Shown here piece after piece: positions 32,301 through 47,300 of a DNA stretch of 64,000 nucleotides. The DNA comes from Octopus vulgaris. Taxonomy: Eukaryota. Where the stretch lies: contig OX597822.1 in NCBI GenBank assembly GCA_951406725.2, positions 112,096,001 to 112,160,000 on the forward strand, given 5' to 3'. Below the pieces are notes generated by a model. It ran no database searches. It was given only the letters and a program-made list of their open reading frames with translations, and was not told where the DNA came from. Both the position numbers and the translations under genes were made by a program. Positions within the stretch are counted from its first letter, which is position 1, and each line of letters opens with the position of its first letter.

Positions 32301-35300
32301 GTTGCCAATAGAATATTTTTAGTTGTCTAAAGAATATTTTTAGTTGCCTATAGAATGTTTTTCGTTGCCTATAGAATATTTTAAGTTTTCTAAAGAATAT
32401 TTTTAGTTGCCTATAGAATGTTTTTCGTTGACAATAGAATATTTTTAGTTGTCTAAAGAATGTTTTTAGTTGCCTATAGAATGTGTTTCGTTGCCAATAG
32501 AATATTTTTAGTTGTCTAAAGAATATTTTTAGTTGCCTATAGAATGTTTTTCGTTGCCAATAGAATATTTTTAGTTGTCTAAAGAATATTTTTAGTTGCC
32601 TATAGAATGTTTTTCGTTGCCATAGAATATTTTTAGTTGTCTAAAGAATATTTTAGTTCTAAAGAATGTTTTTAGTTGCCTATAGAATGTTTTTCGCTGC
32701 CAATAGAATATTTTTAGCTGTCTAAAGAATATTTTTAGTTTCCTATAGAATGTTTTTCGTTGCCAATAGAATATTTTTAGTTGTCTAAAGAATATTTTTA
32801 GTTGCCTATAGAATGTTTTTCGTTGCCAATAGTATATTTTTAGTTGTCTAAAGAATGTTTTTAGTTACCTATAGAATGTTTTTCGTTGCCAATAGAATAT
32901 TTTTAGTTGTCTAAAGAATATTTTTAGTTGCCTATAGAATGTTTTTCGTTGCCAATAGAATATTTTTAGTTGTCTAAAGAATATTTTTAGTTGCCTATAG
33001 AATGTTTTTCGTTGCCAATAGAATATTTTTTAGTTGTCTAAAGAATATTTTTAGTTGCCTATAGAATGTTTTTCGTTGCCAATAGAATATTTTTAGTTGT
33101 CTAAAGAATATTTTTAGTTGCCTATAGAATGTTTTTCGTTGCCAATAGAATATTTTTAGTTGTCTAAAGAATGTTTTTAGTTGCCTATAGAATGTTTTTA
33201 GTTGCCTATAGAATGTTTTTCGTTGCCAATAGAATATTTTTAGTTGTCTAAAGAATATTTTTAGTTGCCTATAGAATGTTTTTCGTTGCCAATAGAATAT
33301 TTTTAGTTGTCTAAAGAATATTTTTAGTTGCCTATAGAATGTTTTCGTTGCCAATAGAATATTTTTAGTTGTCTAAAGAATATTTTTAGTTGCCTATAGA
33401 ATGTTTTTAGTTGCCTATAGAATGTTTTTCGTTGCCAATAGAATATTTTTAGTTGTCTAAAGAATATTTTTAGTTGCCTATAGAATGTTTTTCGTTGCCA
33501 ATAGAATATTTTTAGTTGTCTAAAGAATGTTTTTAGTTGCCTATAGAATGTTTTTCGTTGCCAATAGAATATTTTTAGTTGTCTAAAGAATGTTTTTAGT
33601 TGCCTATAGAATGTTTTTCGTTGCCAATAGAATATTTTTAGTTGTCTAAATAATATTTTTAGTTGCCTATAGAATGTTTTTCGTTGCCAATAGAATATTT
33701 TTAGTTGTCTAAAGAAAGTTTTTAGTTGCCTATAGAATGTATTTCGTTGCCAATAGAATATTTTTAGTTGTCAAAATAATATTTTTAGTTGCCTATAGAA
33801 TGTTTTTCGTTGCCAATAGAATATTTTATGTTGTCTAAAGAAAGTTTTTAGTTGCCTAGAGAATGTTTTTAGTTGCCTATAGAATGTTTTTCGCTGCCAA
33901 TAGAATATATTTAGTTGTCTAAAGAATATTTTTAGTTGCCTATAGAATGTTTTTCGTTGCCAATAGAATATTTTTAGTTGTCTATAGAATGTTTTTAGTT
34001 GCCTATAGAATGTTTTTCGTTGCCAATAGAATATTTTTAGTTGTCTAAAGAATGTTTTTAGTTGCCTATAGAATGTTTTTCGTTGCCAATAGAATATTTT
34101 TAGTTGTCTAAAGAATATTTTTAGTTGCCTATAGAATGTTTTTGTTGCCATAGAATGTTTTTCGTTGCCAAAGAATATTTTTAGTTGTCTAAAGAATGTT
34201 TTTAGTTGCCTATAGAATGTTTTTCGTTGCCAATAGAATATTTTAGTGTCTAAAGAATTTTTTAGTTGCCTATAGAATGTTTTCGTTGCCAATAGAATAT
34301 TTTTAGTTGTCTAAAGAATATTTTTAGTTGCCTATAGAATGTTTTTCGTTGCCAATAGAATATTTTTAGTTGTCTAAAGAATATTTTTAGTTGCCTATAG
34401 AATGTTTTTAGTTGCCTATAGAATGTTTTTCGTTGCCAATAGAATATTTTTAGTTGTCTAAAGAATATTTTTAGTTGCCTATAGAATGTTTTTCGTTGCC
34501 AATAGAATATTTTTAGTTGTCTAAAGAATATTTTTAGTTGCCTATAGAATGTTTTTCGTTGCCAATAGAATATTTTTAGTTGTCTAAAGAATATTTTTGT
34601 TTTTGTTGCCAGTTGTCTAAAAATTTTTTGTTGCCTATAGAATGTTTTTCGTTGCCAATAGAATATTTTTAGTTGTCTAAAGAATGTTTTTAGTTGCCTA
34701 TAGAATGTTTTTCGTTGCCAATAGAATATTTTTAGTTGTCTAAAGAAAGTTTTTAGTTGCCTATAGAATGTTTTTCGTTGCCAATAGAATATTTTTAGTT
34801 GTCTAAAGAATGTTTTTAGTTGCCTATAGAATGTTTTTCGTTGCCAATAGAATATTTTTAGTTGTCTAAAGAAATGTTTTTAGTTGCCTATAGAATGTTT
34901 TTCGTTGCCAATAGAATATTTTTAGTTGTCTAAAGAATATTTTTAGTTGCCTATAGAATGTTTTTCGTTGCCAATAGAATATTTTTAGTTGTCTAAAGAA
35001 TATTTTTAGTTGCCTATAGAATGTTTTTCGTTGCCAATAGAATATTTTTAGTTGTCTAAAGAATATTTTTAGTTGCCTATAGAATGTTTTTAGTTGCCAA
35101 TAGAATATTTTTAGTTGTCTAAAGAATATTTTTAGTTGCCTATAGAATGTTTTTAGTTGCCTATAGAATGTTTTTCGCTGCCAATAGAATATTTTTAGTT
35201 GTCTAAAGAATATTTTTAGTTGCCTATAGAATGTTTTTCGTTGCCAATAGAATATTTTTAGTTGTCTAAAGAATATTTTTAGTTGCCTATAGAATGTTTT

Positions 35301-38300
35301 TCGTTGCCAATAGAATATTTTTAGTTGTCTAAAGAATGTTTTTAGTTGCCTATAGAATGTTTTTAGTTGCCTATAGAATGTTTTTCGTTGCCAATAGAAT
35401 ATTTTTAGTTGTCTAAAGAATATTTTTAGTTGCCTATAGAATGTTTTTCGTTGCCAATAGAATATTTTTAGTTGTCTAAAGAATGTTTTTAGTTGCCTAT
35501 AGAATGTTTTTCGTTGCCAATAGAATATTTTTAGTTGTCTAAAGAATATTTTTAGTTGCCTATAGAATGTTTTTCGTTGCCAATAGAATATTTTTAGTTG
35601 TCTAAAGAATATTTTTAGTTGCCTATAGAATGTTTTTCGTTGCCAATAGAATATTTTTAGTTGTCTAAAGAATATTTTTAGTTGCCTATAGAATGTTTTT
35701 CGTTGCCAATAGAATATTTTTAGTTGTCTAAAGAATATTTTTAGTTGCCTATAGAATGTTTTTCGTTGCCAATAGAATATTTTGTTGCCTATAGAATGTT
35801 TTTCGTTGCCAATAGAATATTTTTAGTTGTCTAAAGAATGTTTTTAGTTGCCTATAGAATGTTTTTCGTTGCCAATAGAATATTTTTAGTTGTCTAAAGA
35901 ATGTTTTTAGTTGCCTATAGAATGTTTTTCGTTGCCAATAGAATATTTTTAGTTGTCTAAAGAATGTTTTTAGTTGCCTATAGAATGTTTTTCGTTGCCA
36001 ATAGAATATTTTTAGTTGTCTAAAGAATATTTTTAGTTGCCTATAGAATGTTTTTAGTTGCCTATAGAATGTTTTTCGTTGCCAATAGAATATTTTTAGT
36101 TGTCTAAAGAATATTTTTAGTTGCCTATAGAATGTTTTTCGTTGCCAATAGAATATTTTTAGTTGCAAAATTTTTGAATTTTTTAGTTGCCTATAGAATA
36201 TTTTTGTTGCCAATAGAATATTTTTAGTTGTCTAAAGAATATTTTTAGTTTAGCCTATAGAATGTTTTTCGTTGCCAATAGAATATTTTTAGTTGACAAA
36301 ATAATATTTTTAGTTGCTTGTAGAATGTTTTTCGTTGCCAATAGAATATTTTTAGTTGTCTAAAGAATGTTTTTAGTTGCCTATAGAATGTTTTTCGTTG
36401 CCAACAGAATATTTTTAGTTGTCTAAAGAATATTTTTAGTTGCCTATAGAATGTTTTTCGTTATGAATAGTATATTTATAGTTGTCTAAAGTATGTTTTT
36501 AGTTGCCTATAGAATGTTTTTTGTTGCCAAAAGAATATTTTTAGTTGTCTAAAGAATATTTTTTGTTGCCTATAGAATGTCTTTCGTTGCCAATAGAATA
36601 TTTTTAGTTGTCTAAAGAATGTTTTTAGTTGCCTATAGAATGTTTTAGTTGCCTATAGAATGTTTGTCGCTGCCAATAGTATACTTTTAGCTGTCTAAAG
36701 AATATTTTTAGTTGCCTATAGAATGTTTTTCGTTGCCAATAGAATATTTTTAGTTGTTTAAAGAATATTTGTAGTTGCCTATAGAATGTTTTTCCAATAG
36801 AATATTTTTAGTTGTCTAAAGAATATTTTTAGTTGCCTATAGAATGTTTTCGTTGCCAATAGAATATTTTAGTTGTCTAAAGAATGTTTTTAGTTGCCTA
36901 TAGAGTGTTTTTTGTTGCAAATAGAATATTTTTAGTTGTCTAAAGAATATATTTAGTTACCTATAGAAAGTTTTTCGTTGACAATAGAATGTTTTTAGTT
37001 GCCTATAGAATGTCTTTAGTTGCCTATAGAATGTTTTCCGTTGCCTATAGAATACTTTTAGTTGTCTAAAGAATGTTTTTAGTTGCCTATAGAATGTTTT
37101 TCGTTGCCAATAGAATATTTTTAGTTGTCTAATGAATGTTTTTAGTTGCCTATAGAATGTTTTTCTTTTCCAATAGAATATTTTTAGTTGTCTAAAGAAA
37201 GTTTTTAGTTGCCTATAGAATGTATTTCGTTGCTAATAGAATATTTTTAGTTGACAAAATAATATTTTTAGTTGCTTATAGAAGGTTTTTCGTTGCCAAT
37301 AGAATATTTTAAATTGTCTAAAGAATTTTTTTAGTTGCCTATAGAATGTTTTTAGTTGCCTATAGAATGTTTTTCGTTGCAAATAGAATATTTTTAGTTG
37401 TCTAAAGAATATTTTTAGTTGCCTATAGAAAGAATGTTTTTAGTTGCCTATAGAATGTTTTTCGTTGTCAATAGAATATTTTTAGTTGTCTAAAGAATGT
37501 TTTTAGTTGCCTATAGAATGTTTTTCGTTGACAATAGAATATTTTTAGTTGTCTAAAGAATGTTTTTAGTTGCCTATAGAATGCTTTTCGTTGCCAAGAG
37601 AATATTTCTAGTTGTCTAAAAAATGTTTTTATTTGCCTACAGAATGTTTTTCGTTGCCAATAGAATATTTTTAGTTGTCTAAAGAATTTTTTTACTTGCC
37701 TATATAATGTTTTTAGTTGCCTATAGAATGTTTTTCGTTATCAATAGAATATTTTTAGTTGTCTAAAGAATGTTTTTAGTTGCCTATAGAATGTTTTTCG
37801 TTGCCAATAGACTATTTTTCGTTCCCTAAAGAATATTTTTAGTTGCCTATAGAATGTTTTTCGTTGCCAATAGAATATTTTTAGTTGTCTAAAGAATATT
37901 TTTAGTTGCCTATAGAATGTTTTTAGTGGCCTATAGAATGTTTTTCGTTATCAATAGAATATTTTTAGTTGTCTAAAGAATATTTTTAGTTGCCTATAGA
38001 ATGTTTTTCGTTGCCAATAGAATATTTTTAGTTGTCTAAAGAATATTTTTAGTTGCCTATAGAATGTTTTTCGTTGCCAATAGAATATTTTTAGTCGTCT
38101 AAAGAATATTTTTATTTGTCTAAAGAATGTTTTTAGTTGCCTATAGAATGTTTTTCGTTATGAATAGTATATTTATAGTTGTCTAAAGAATGTTTTTAGT
38201 TGCCTATAGAATGTTTTTCTTTGCCAATAGAATATTTTTATTTGTCTAAAGAAAGTTTTTAGTTGCCTATAGAATGTATTTCGTTGCCAAGAGAATATTT

Positions 38301-41300
38301 TTAGTTGACAAAATAATATTTTTAGTTGCTTGTAGAATGTTTTTCGTTGCAAATAGAATATTTCTAGTTGTCTAAAAAATGTTTTTATTTGCCTACAGAA
38401 TGTTTTTCGTTGCCAATAGAATATTTTTAGTTGTCTAAAGAATTTTTTTAATTGCCTATATAATGTTTTAGTTGCCTATAGAATGTTTTTCGTTATCAAT
38501 AGAATATTTTTAGTTGTCTAAAGAATGTTTTTAGTTGCCTATAGAATGTTTTTCGTTGCCAATAGACTATTTTTCGTTCTCTAAAGAATATTTTTAGTTG
38601 CCTATAGAATGTTTTTCGTTGCCAATAGAATATATTTAGTTGTGTAAAGAATATTTTTTATTGCCTATAGAATGTTTTTAGTGGCCTATAGAATGTTTTT
38701 CGTTATTAATAGAATATTTTTAGTTGTCTAAAGAATATTTTTAGTTGCCTATAGAATGTTTTTCGTTGCCAATAGAATATTTTTAGTTGTCTAAAGAATA
38801 TTTTTAGTTGCCTATAGAATGTTTTTCGTTGCCAATAGAATATTTTTAGTTGTCTAAAGAATATTTTTATTTGTCTAAAGAATGTTTTTAGTTGCCTATA
38901 GAATGTTTTTCGTTATGCCAATAGTAATATTTATAGTTGTCTAAAGAATGTTTTTAGTTGCCTATAGAATGTTTTTCGTTGCCAAAAGAATATTTTTAGT
39001 TGTCTAAAGAATATTTATTGTTGCCTATAGAATGTCTTTCGTTGCCAATAGAATATTTTTAGTTGTCTAAAGAATGTTTTTAGTTGCCTATAGAATGTTT
39101 TTCGTTGCCTATAGAATGTTTGTCGCTGCCAATAGAATACTTTTTAGCTGTCTAAAGAATATTTTTAGTTGCCTATAGAATGTTTATCGTTGCCAATAGA
39201 ATATTTTTAGTTGTCTAAAGAATATGTGTAGTTGCCTATAGAATGTGTTTCGTTGCCAATAGAATATTTTTAGTTGTCTAAAGAATGTTTTTAGTTGCCT
39301 ATAGAATGTTTTTAGTTTCCTATAGAATGTTTTTCGTTGCAAATAGAATATTTTTAGTTGTCTAAAGAATATTTTTAGTTGCCTATAGAAAGTTTTTCGT
39401 TGACAATAGAATGTTTTTAGTTGCCTATAGAATGTCTTTAGTTGCCTATAGAATGTTTTCCGTTGCCTATAGAATACTTTTAGTTGTCTAAAGAATGTTT
39501 TTAGTTGCCTATAGAATGTTTTTCGTTGCCAATAGAATATTTTTAGTTGTCTAATGAATGTTTTTAGTTGCCTATAGAATGTTTTTCTTTGCCAATAGAA
39601 TATTTTTAGTTGTCTAAAGAAAGTTTTTAGTTGCCTATAGAATGTTTTTCGTTGCTAATAGATTATTTTTAGTTGACAAAATAATATTTTTAGTTGCTTA
39701 TAGAAGGTTTTTCGTTGCCAATAGAATATTTTAAGTTTTCTAAAGAATATTTTTAGTTGCCTATAGAATGTTTTTCGTTGACAATAGAATATTTTTAGTT
39801 GTCTAAAGAAAGTTTTTAGTTGCCTATAGAATGTTTTTCGTTGCCAATAGAAAAATTTAGTTGTCTAAAGAATGTTTTTAGTTGCCTATAGAATGTTTTT
39901 CGTTGCCAATAGAATATTTTTAGTTGTCTAAAGAATGTTTATAGTTGCCTTTAGAATGTTATTTCGTTGCCAATAGAATATTTTTAGTTGTCTAAAGTAT
40001 ATTTTGAGTTGCCTATAGAATATTTTTAGTTGCCTATAAGAATGTTTTTCGCTACCAATAGTATATTTTTATCTGTCTAAAGAATATTTTTAGTTGCCTA
40101 TAGAATGTTTTTCGTTGCCAATAGAATATTTTTAGTTGTCTAAAGAATATTTTTAGTTGCCTATAGAATGTTTTTCGTTGCCAATAGAATATTTTTAGTT
40201 GTCTAAAGAATGTTTTTAGTTGCCTATAGAAAGTTTTTCGTTGAAAATAGAATATTTTTAGTTGTCTAAAGAAAGTTTTTAGTTGCCTATAGAATGTTTT
40301 TCGTTGCCAATAGAATATTTTTAGTTGTCTAAAGAATGTTTTTAGTTGCCTATAGAATGTTTTTCGTTGCCAATAGAATATTTTTAGTTGTCTAAAGAAT
40401 ATTTTTCGTTGCCTATAGAATGTTTTTCATTGCCTATAGAATATTTTTAGTTGTCTAGATGATATTTTTAGTTGCCTATAGAATGTATTTCGTTGCCAAT
40501 AGAATATTTTTAGTTGTCTAAAGAATTTTTTTTGTTGCCTATAGAATGTTTTTCGTTGACAATAGAATATTTTTAGTTGTCTAAAGAAAGTTTTAGTTGC
40601 CTATAGAATGTTTTTCGTTGCCAATAGAATATTTTTAGTTGTCTAAAGAATATTTTTAGTTGCCTATAGAAAGTTTTTAGTTGCCTATAGAATGTTTTTC
40701 GTTATCAATAGAATATTTTTAGTTGTCTAAAGAATGTTTTTAGTTGCCTATAGAATGTTTTTCGCTGCCAATAGAATATTTTTAGCCTTCTAAAGAATAT
40801 TTTTAATTGCCTATAAAATGTTTTTCGTTGCCAATAGAATATTTTTAGATGTCTAAAGAATATTTTTAGTTGCCTATAGAATGTCTTTAGTTGCCTATAG
40901 AATGTTTTCCGTTGCCTATAGAATACTTTTTAGTTGTCTAAAGAATGTTTTTAGTTGCCTATAGAATGTTTTTCGTTGCCAATAGAATATTTTTAGTTGT
41001 CTAATGAATGTTTTTAGTTGCCTATAGAATGTTTTTCTTTGCCAATAGAATATTTTTAGTTGTCTAAAGAAAGTTTTTAGTTGCCTATAGAATGTATTTC
41101 GTTGCTAATAGATTATTTTTAGTTGACAAAATAATATTTTTAGTTGCTTATAGAAGGTTTTTCGTTGCCAATAGAATATTTTAAGTTTTCTAAAGAATAT
41201 TTTTAGTTGCCTATAGAATGTTTTTCGTTGACAATAGAATATTTTTAGTTGTCTAAAGAAAGTTTTTAGTTGCCTATAGAATGTTTTTCGTTGCCAATAG

Positions 41301-44300
41301 AAAAATTTAGTTGTCTAAAGAATGTTTTTAGTTGCCTATAGAATGTTTTTCGTTGCCAATAGAATATTTTTAGTTGTCTAAAGAATGTTTATAGTTGCCT
41401 TTAGAATGTTATTTCGTTGCCAATAGAATATTTTTAGTTGTCTAAAGTATATTTTGAGTTGCCTATAGAATATTTTTAGTTGCCTATAGAATGTTTTTCG
41501 CTACCAATAGTATATTTTTATCTGTCTAAAGAATATTTTTAGTTGCCTATAGAATGTTTTTCGTTGCCAATAGAATATTTTTAATTGCCTATATAATGTT
41601 TTTAGTTGCCTATAGAATGTTTTTCGTTATCAATAGAATATTTTTAGTTGTCTAAAGAATGTTTTTAGTTGCCTATAGAATGTTTTTCGTTGCCAATAGA
41701 ATATTTTTAGTTGTCTAAAGAATATTTTTAATTGCCTATAGAATGTTTTTAGTGGCCTATAGAATGTTTTTCGTTATTAATAGAATATTTTTAGTTGTCT
41801 AAAGAATATTTTTAGTTGCCTATAGAATGTTTTTCGTTGCCAATAGAATATTTTTAGTTGTCTAAAGAATGTTTTTAGTTGCCTATAGAATGTTTTTCGT
41901 TGCCAATAGAATATTTTTAGTTGTCTAAAGAATATTTTTATTTGTCTAAAGAATGTTTTTAGTTGCCTATAGAATGTTTTTCGTTATGAATAGTATATTT
42001 ATAGTTGTCTAAAGAATGTTTTTAGTTGCCTATAGAATGTTTTTCGTTGCCAAAAGAATATTTTTAGTTGTCTAAAGAATATTTATTGTTGCCTATAGAA
42101 TGTCTTTCGTTGCCAATAGAATATTTTTAGTTGTCTAAAGAATGTTTTTAGTTGCCTATAGAATGTTTTTCGTTGCCTATAGAATGTTTGTCGCTGCCAA
42201 TAGAATACTTTTAGCTGTCTAAAGAATATTTTTAGTTGCCTATAGAATGTTTATCGTTGCCAATAGAATATTTTTAGTTGTCTAAAGAATATGTGTAGTT
42301 GCCTATAGAATGTGTTTCGTTGCCAATAGAATATTTTTAGTTGTCTAAAGAATGTTTTTAGTTGCCTATAGAATGTTTTTAGTTGCCTATAGAATGTTTT
42401 TCGTTGCAAATAGAATATTTTTAGTTGTCTAAAGAATATTTTTAGTTGCCTATAGAAAGTTTTTCGTTGACAATAGAATGTTTTTAGTTGCCTATAGAAT
42501 GTCTTTAGTTGCCTATAGAATGTTTTCCGTTGCCTATAGAATACTTTTAGTTGTCTAAAGAATGTTTTTAGTTGCCTATAGAATGTTTTTCGTTGCCAAT
42601 AGAATATTTTTAGTTGTCTAATGAATGTTTTTAGTTGCCTATAGAATGTTTTTCTTTGCCAATAGAATATTTTTAGTTGTCTAAAGAAAGTTTTTAGTTG
42701 CCTATAGAATGTATTTCGTTGCTAATAGATTATTTTTAGTTGACAAAATAATATTTTTAGTTGCTTATAGAAGGTTTTTCGTTGCCAATAGAATATTTTA
42801 AGTTTTCTAAAGAATATTTTTAGTTGCCTATAGAATGTTTTTCGTTGACAATAGAATATTTTTAGTTGTCTAAAGAAAGTTTTTAGTTGCCTATAGAATG
42901 TTTTTCGTTGCCAATAGAAAAATTTAGTTGTCTAAAGAATGTTTTTAGTTGCCTATAGAATGTTTTTCGTTGCCAATAGAATATTTTTAGTTGTCTAAAG
43001 AATGTTTATAGTTGCCTTTAGAATGTTATTTCGTTGCCAATAGAATATTTTTAGTTGTCTAAAGTATATTTTGAGTTGCCTATAGAATATTTTTAGTTGC
43101 CTATAAGAATGTTTTTCGCTACCAATAGTATATTTTTATCTGTCTAAAGAATATTTTTAGTTGCCTATAGAATGTTTTTCGTTGCCAATAGAATATTTTT
43201 AGTTGTCTAAAGAATATTTTTAGTTGCCTATAGAATGTTTTTCGTTGCCAATAGAATATTTTTAGTTGTCTGAAGAATGTTTTTAGTTGCCTATAGAAAG
43301 TTTTTCGTTGAAAATAGAATATTTTTAGTTGTCTAAAGAAAGTTTTTAGTTGCCTATAGAATGTTTTTCGTTGCCAATAGAATATTTTTAGTTGTCAAAA
43401 GAATGTTTTTAGTTGCCTATAGAATGTTTTTCGTTATCAATAGAATATTTTTAGTTGTCTAAAGAATATTTTTAGTTGCCTATAGAATGTTTTTCGTTGC
43501 CAATAGAATATTTTTAGTTGTCTAGATAATATTTTTAGTTGCCGATAGAATGTATTTCGTTGCCAATAGAATATTTTTAGTTGTCTAAAGAATTTTTTTT
43601 TGTTGCCTATAGAATGTTTTTCGTTGACAATAGAATATTTTTAGTTGTCTAAAGAAAGTTTTAGTTGCCTATAGAATGTTTTTCGTTGCCAATAGAATAT
43701 TTTTAGTTGTCTAAAGAATATTTTTAGTTGCCTATAGAAAGTTTTTAGTTGCCTATAGAATGTTTTTCGTTATCAATAGAATATTTTTAGTTGTCTAAAG
43801 AATGTTTTTAGTTGCCTATAGAATGTTTTTCGTTGCCAATAGAATATTTTTAGCCTTCTAAAGAATATTTTTAATTGCCTATAAAATGTTTTTCGTTGCC
43901 AATAGAATATTTTTAGATGTCTAAAGAATATTTTTAGTTGCCTATAGAATGTCTTTAGTTGCCTATAGAATGTTTTTCGTTGCCTATAGAATACTTTTAG
44001 TTGTCTAAAGAATGTTTTTAGTTGCCTATAGAATGTTTTTCGTTGCCAATAGAATATTTTTAGTTGTCTAATGAATGTTTTTAGTTGCCTATAGAATGTT
44101 TTTCTTTGCCAATAGAATATTTTTAGTTGTCTAAAGAAAGTTTTTAGTTGCCTATAGAATGTATTTCGTTGCTAATAGATTATTTTTAGTTGACAAAATA
44201 ATATTTTTAGTTGCTTATAGAAGGTTTTTCGTTGCCAATAGAATATTTTAAGTTTTCTAAAGAATATTTTTAGTTGCCTATAGAATGTTTTTCGTTGACA

Positions 44301-47300
44301 ATAGAATATTTTTAGTTGTCTAAAGAAAGTTTTTAGTTGCCTATAGAATGTTTTTCGTTGCCAATAGAAAAATTTAGTTGTCTAAAGAATGTTTTTAGTT
44401 GCCTATAGAATGTTTTTCGTTGCCAATAGAATATTTTTAGTTGTCTAAAGAATGTTTATAGTTGCCTTTAGAATGTTATTTCGTTGCCAATAGAATATTT
44501 TTAGTTGTCTAAAGTATATTTTGAGTTGCCTATAGAATATTTTTAGTTGCCTATAGAATGTTTTTCGCTACCAATAGTATATTTTTATCTGTCTAAAGAA
44601 TATTTTTAGTTGCCTATAGAATGTTTTTCGTTGCCAATAGAATATTTTTAGTTGTCTAAAGAATATTTTTAGTTGCCTATAGAATGTTTTTCGTTGCCAA
44701 TAGAATATTTTTAGTTGTCTGAAGAATGTTTTTAGTTGCCTATAGAAAGTTTTTCGTTGAAAATAGAATATTTTTAGTTGTCTAAAGAAAGTTTTTAGTT
44801 GCCTATAGAATGTTTTTCGTTGCCAATAGAATATTTTTAGTTGTCTAAAGAATGTTTTTTAGTTGCCTATAGAATGTTTTTCGTTGCCAATAGAATATTT
44901 TTAGTTGTCTAAAGAATATTTTTCGTTGCCTATAGAATGTTTTTCATTGCCAATAGAATATTTTTAGTTGTCTAGATAATATTTTTAGTTGCCTATAGAA
45001 TGTATTTCGTTGCCAATAGAATATTTTTGGTTGTCTAAAGAATTTTTTTTGTTGCCTATAGAATGTTTTTCGTTGACAATAGAATATTTTTAGTTGTCTA
45101 AAGAAAGTTTTAGTTGCCTATAGAATGTTTTTCGTTGCCAATAGAATATTTTTAGTTGTCTAAAGAATATTTTAAGTTGCCTATAGAATGTATTTAGTTC
45201 CCTATAGAATGTTTTTCGTTGCCAATAGAATATTTTTAGTTGTCTAAAGAATGTTTTTAGTTGCCTATAGAATGTTTTTCGTTGCCAATAGAATATTTTT
45301 AGCCTTCTAAAGAATATTTTTAATTGCCTATAGAATGTTTTTCGTTGCCAATAGAATATTTTTAGATGTCTAAAGAATATTTTTAGTTGCCTAAAGAATG
45401 TTTTTCTTTGCCAATAGAATATTTTTAGTTGTCTAAAGAATGTTTTTAGTTGCCTATAGAATGTTTTTAGTTGCCTATAGAATGTTTCTCGTTGCCAATA
45501 GAATATTTTTAGTTGTGTAAAGAATATTTTTAGTTGCCTATAGAAAGTTTTTCGTTGACAATAGAATGTTTTTAGTTGCCTATAGAATGTCTTTAGTTGC
45601 CTATAGAATGTTTTTCGTTGCCTCTAGAATACTTTTAGTTGTCTAAAGAATGTTTTTAGTTGCCTATAGAATGTTTTTCGTTGCCAATAGAATATTTTTA
45701 GTTGTCTAAAGAATGTTTTTAGTTGCCTATAGAATGTTTTTCGTTGCCAATAGAATATTTTTAGTTGTCTAAAGAAAGTTTTTAGTTGCCTATAGAATGT
45801 ATTTCGTTGCCAATAGAATATTTTTAGTTGTCAAAATAATATTTTTAGTTGCTTATAGAATGTTTTTCGTTGCCAATAGAATATTTTTAGTTGTCTAAAG
45901 AATGTTTTTAGTTGCCTATAGAATGTTTTTCGTTGCCAATAGAATATTTTTAGTTGTCTAAAGAATATTTTTCGTTGCCTATAGAATGTTTTTCGTTGCC
46001 AATAGAATATTTTTAGTTGTCTAAAGAATATGTTTAGTTGCCTATAGAATGTATTTCGTTGCCAATAGAATATTTTTAGTTGTCTAAAGAATACTTTTAG
46101 TTGCCTATAGAATGTATTTCGTTGCCAATAGAATATTTTTAGTTGTGTAAAGAATGTTTTTAGTTGCCTATAGAATATTTTTAGTTGCCTATAGAATGTT
46201 TTTCGCTGCCTATAGAATATTTTTAGCGGTCTAAATAATATTTTAGTTGCCTATAGAATTTTTATCGTTGCCAATAGAATATTTTTAGTTGTCTAAAAAA
46301 TATTTTTAGTTGCCTATAGAATGTTTTTCGTTGCGAATAGAATATATTTTGCCGTCTAAAGAATGTTTTTAGTTGCCTATAGAATGTTTTTAGTTGCCTA
46401 TAGAATATTTTTTGTTGCCCATAGAATGTTTTTCGTTAACTATAGAAAGTTTTTAGTTGCATATAGAATATTTTTTGTTGCCTATAGAAAGTTTTTAGCT
46501 GCCTATGGCATATTTTTAGTTGCCTATATAATGTTTTTAGTTGCCTAGAGAATGTTTTTTGTTCCTATAGGATATATTTTGTTGCCTATAGAATGTTTTT
46601 AGTTGCGTATAAATAGTTTTTAGTTGCCTATAGAATGGTTTAATTGCCTATAGAATGTTTTAGTTGCCTATAGATTATATTTTTTGTTGCCTACAGAAAG
46701 TTTTAGTTGCCTTTAGAATGATTTTAGTTGCCTATAGAATATTTTTTGTTGACTATAGAAAGTTTTTAGTTGACTATAAAATGTTTTTGGTTGCCTATAG
46801 AATATATTTTGTTGCCTATAGAATGTTTTTACTTGCCGATAGAATATTTTATGTTGACTATAGAATGTTTTAGTTGCCTATATAACACAATTTGTTGCCT
46901 ATAGAATGTTTTTATTTGCCTATAGAATATCGTCCGTTGCCTAAAGAATGTTTTTATTTGCATATATAATGTTTTTAGTTGCCTATAGAATATACTTTGT
47001 TGCCTATAGAATGTTTTCATTGCCTATAGAATGTTTTAGTTGCCTATAGATTATTTTTGTTGCCCATAGAAAGTTTGTAGTTGCCTATGCAATGATTCTC
47101 TTTGCCTATTGAATATTTTTTGTTGCCTATAGAATATTTTTAGTTGGCAATAGAATATTTTTAGTTGCCTATAGAATGTCTTTATTTAACTATAGAATAT
47201 TTTTTGTTGCCTATTGAATGATTTTAGTAGCCTATAGAATGATTTTAGTTAACTTTTGAATATTTTTTGATGCCTGCAGAATGTTTTTAGTTGTCTATAG

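Noticed and set aside
34590-36250. Garbled monomers (for example 34595-34630 and 36160-36200) as special motifs
   Set aside because: They are non-recurring and look like long-read consensus errors or local slippage.
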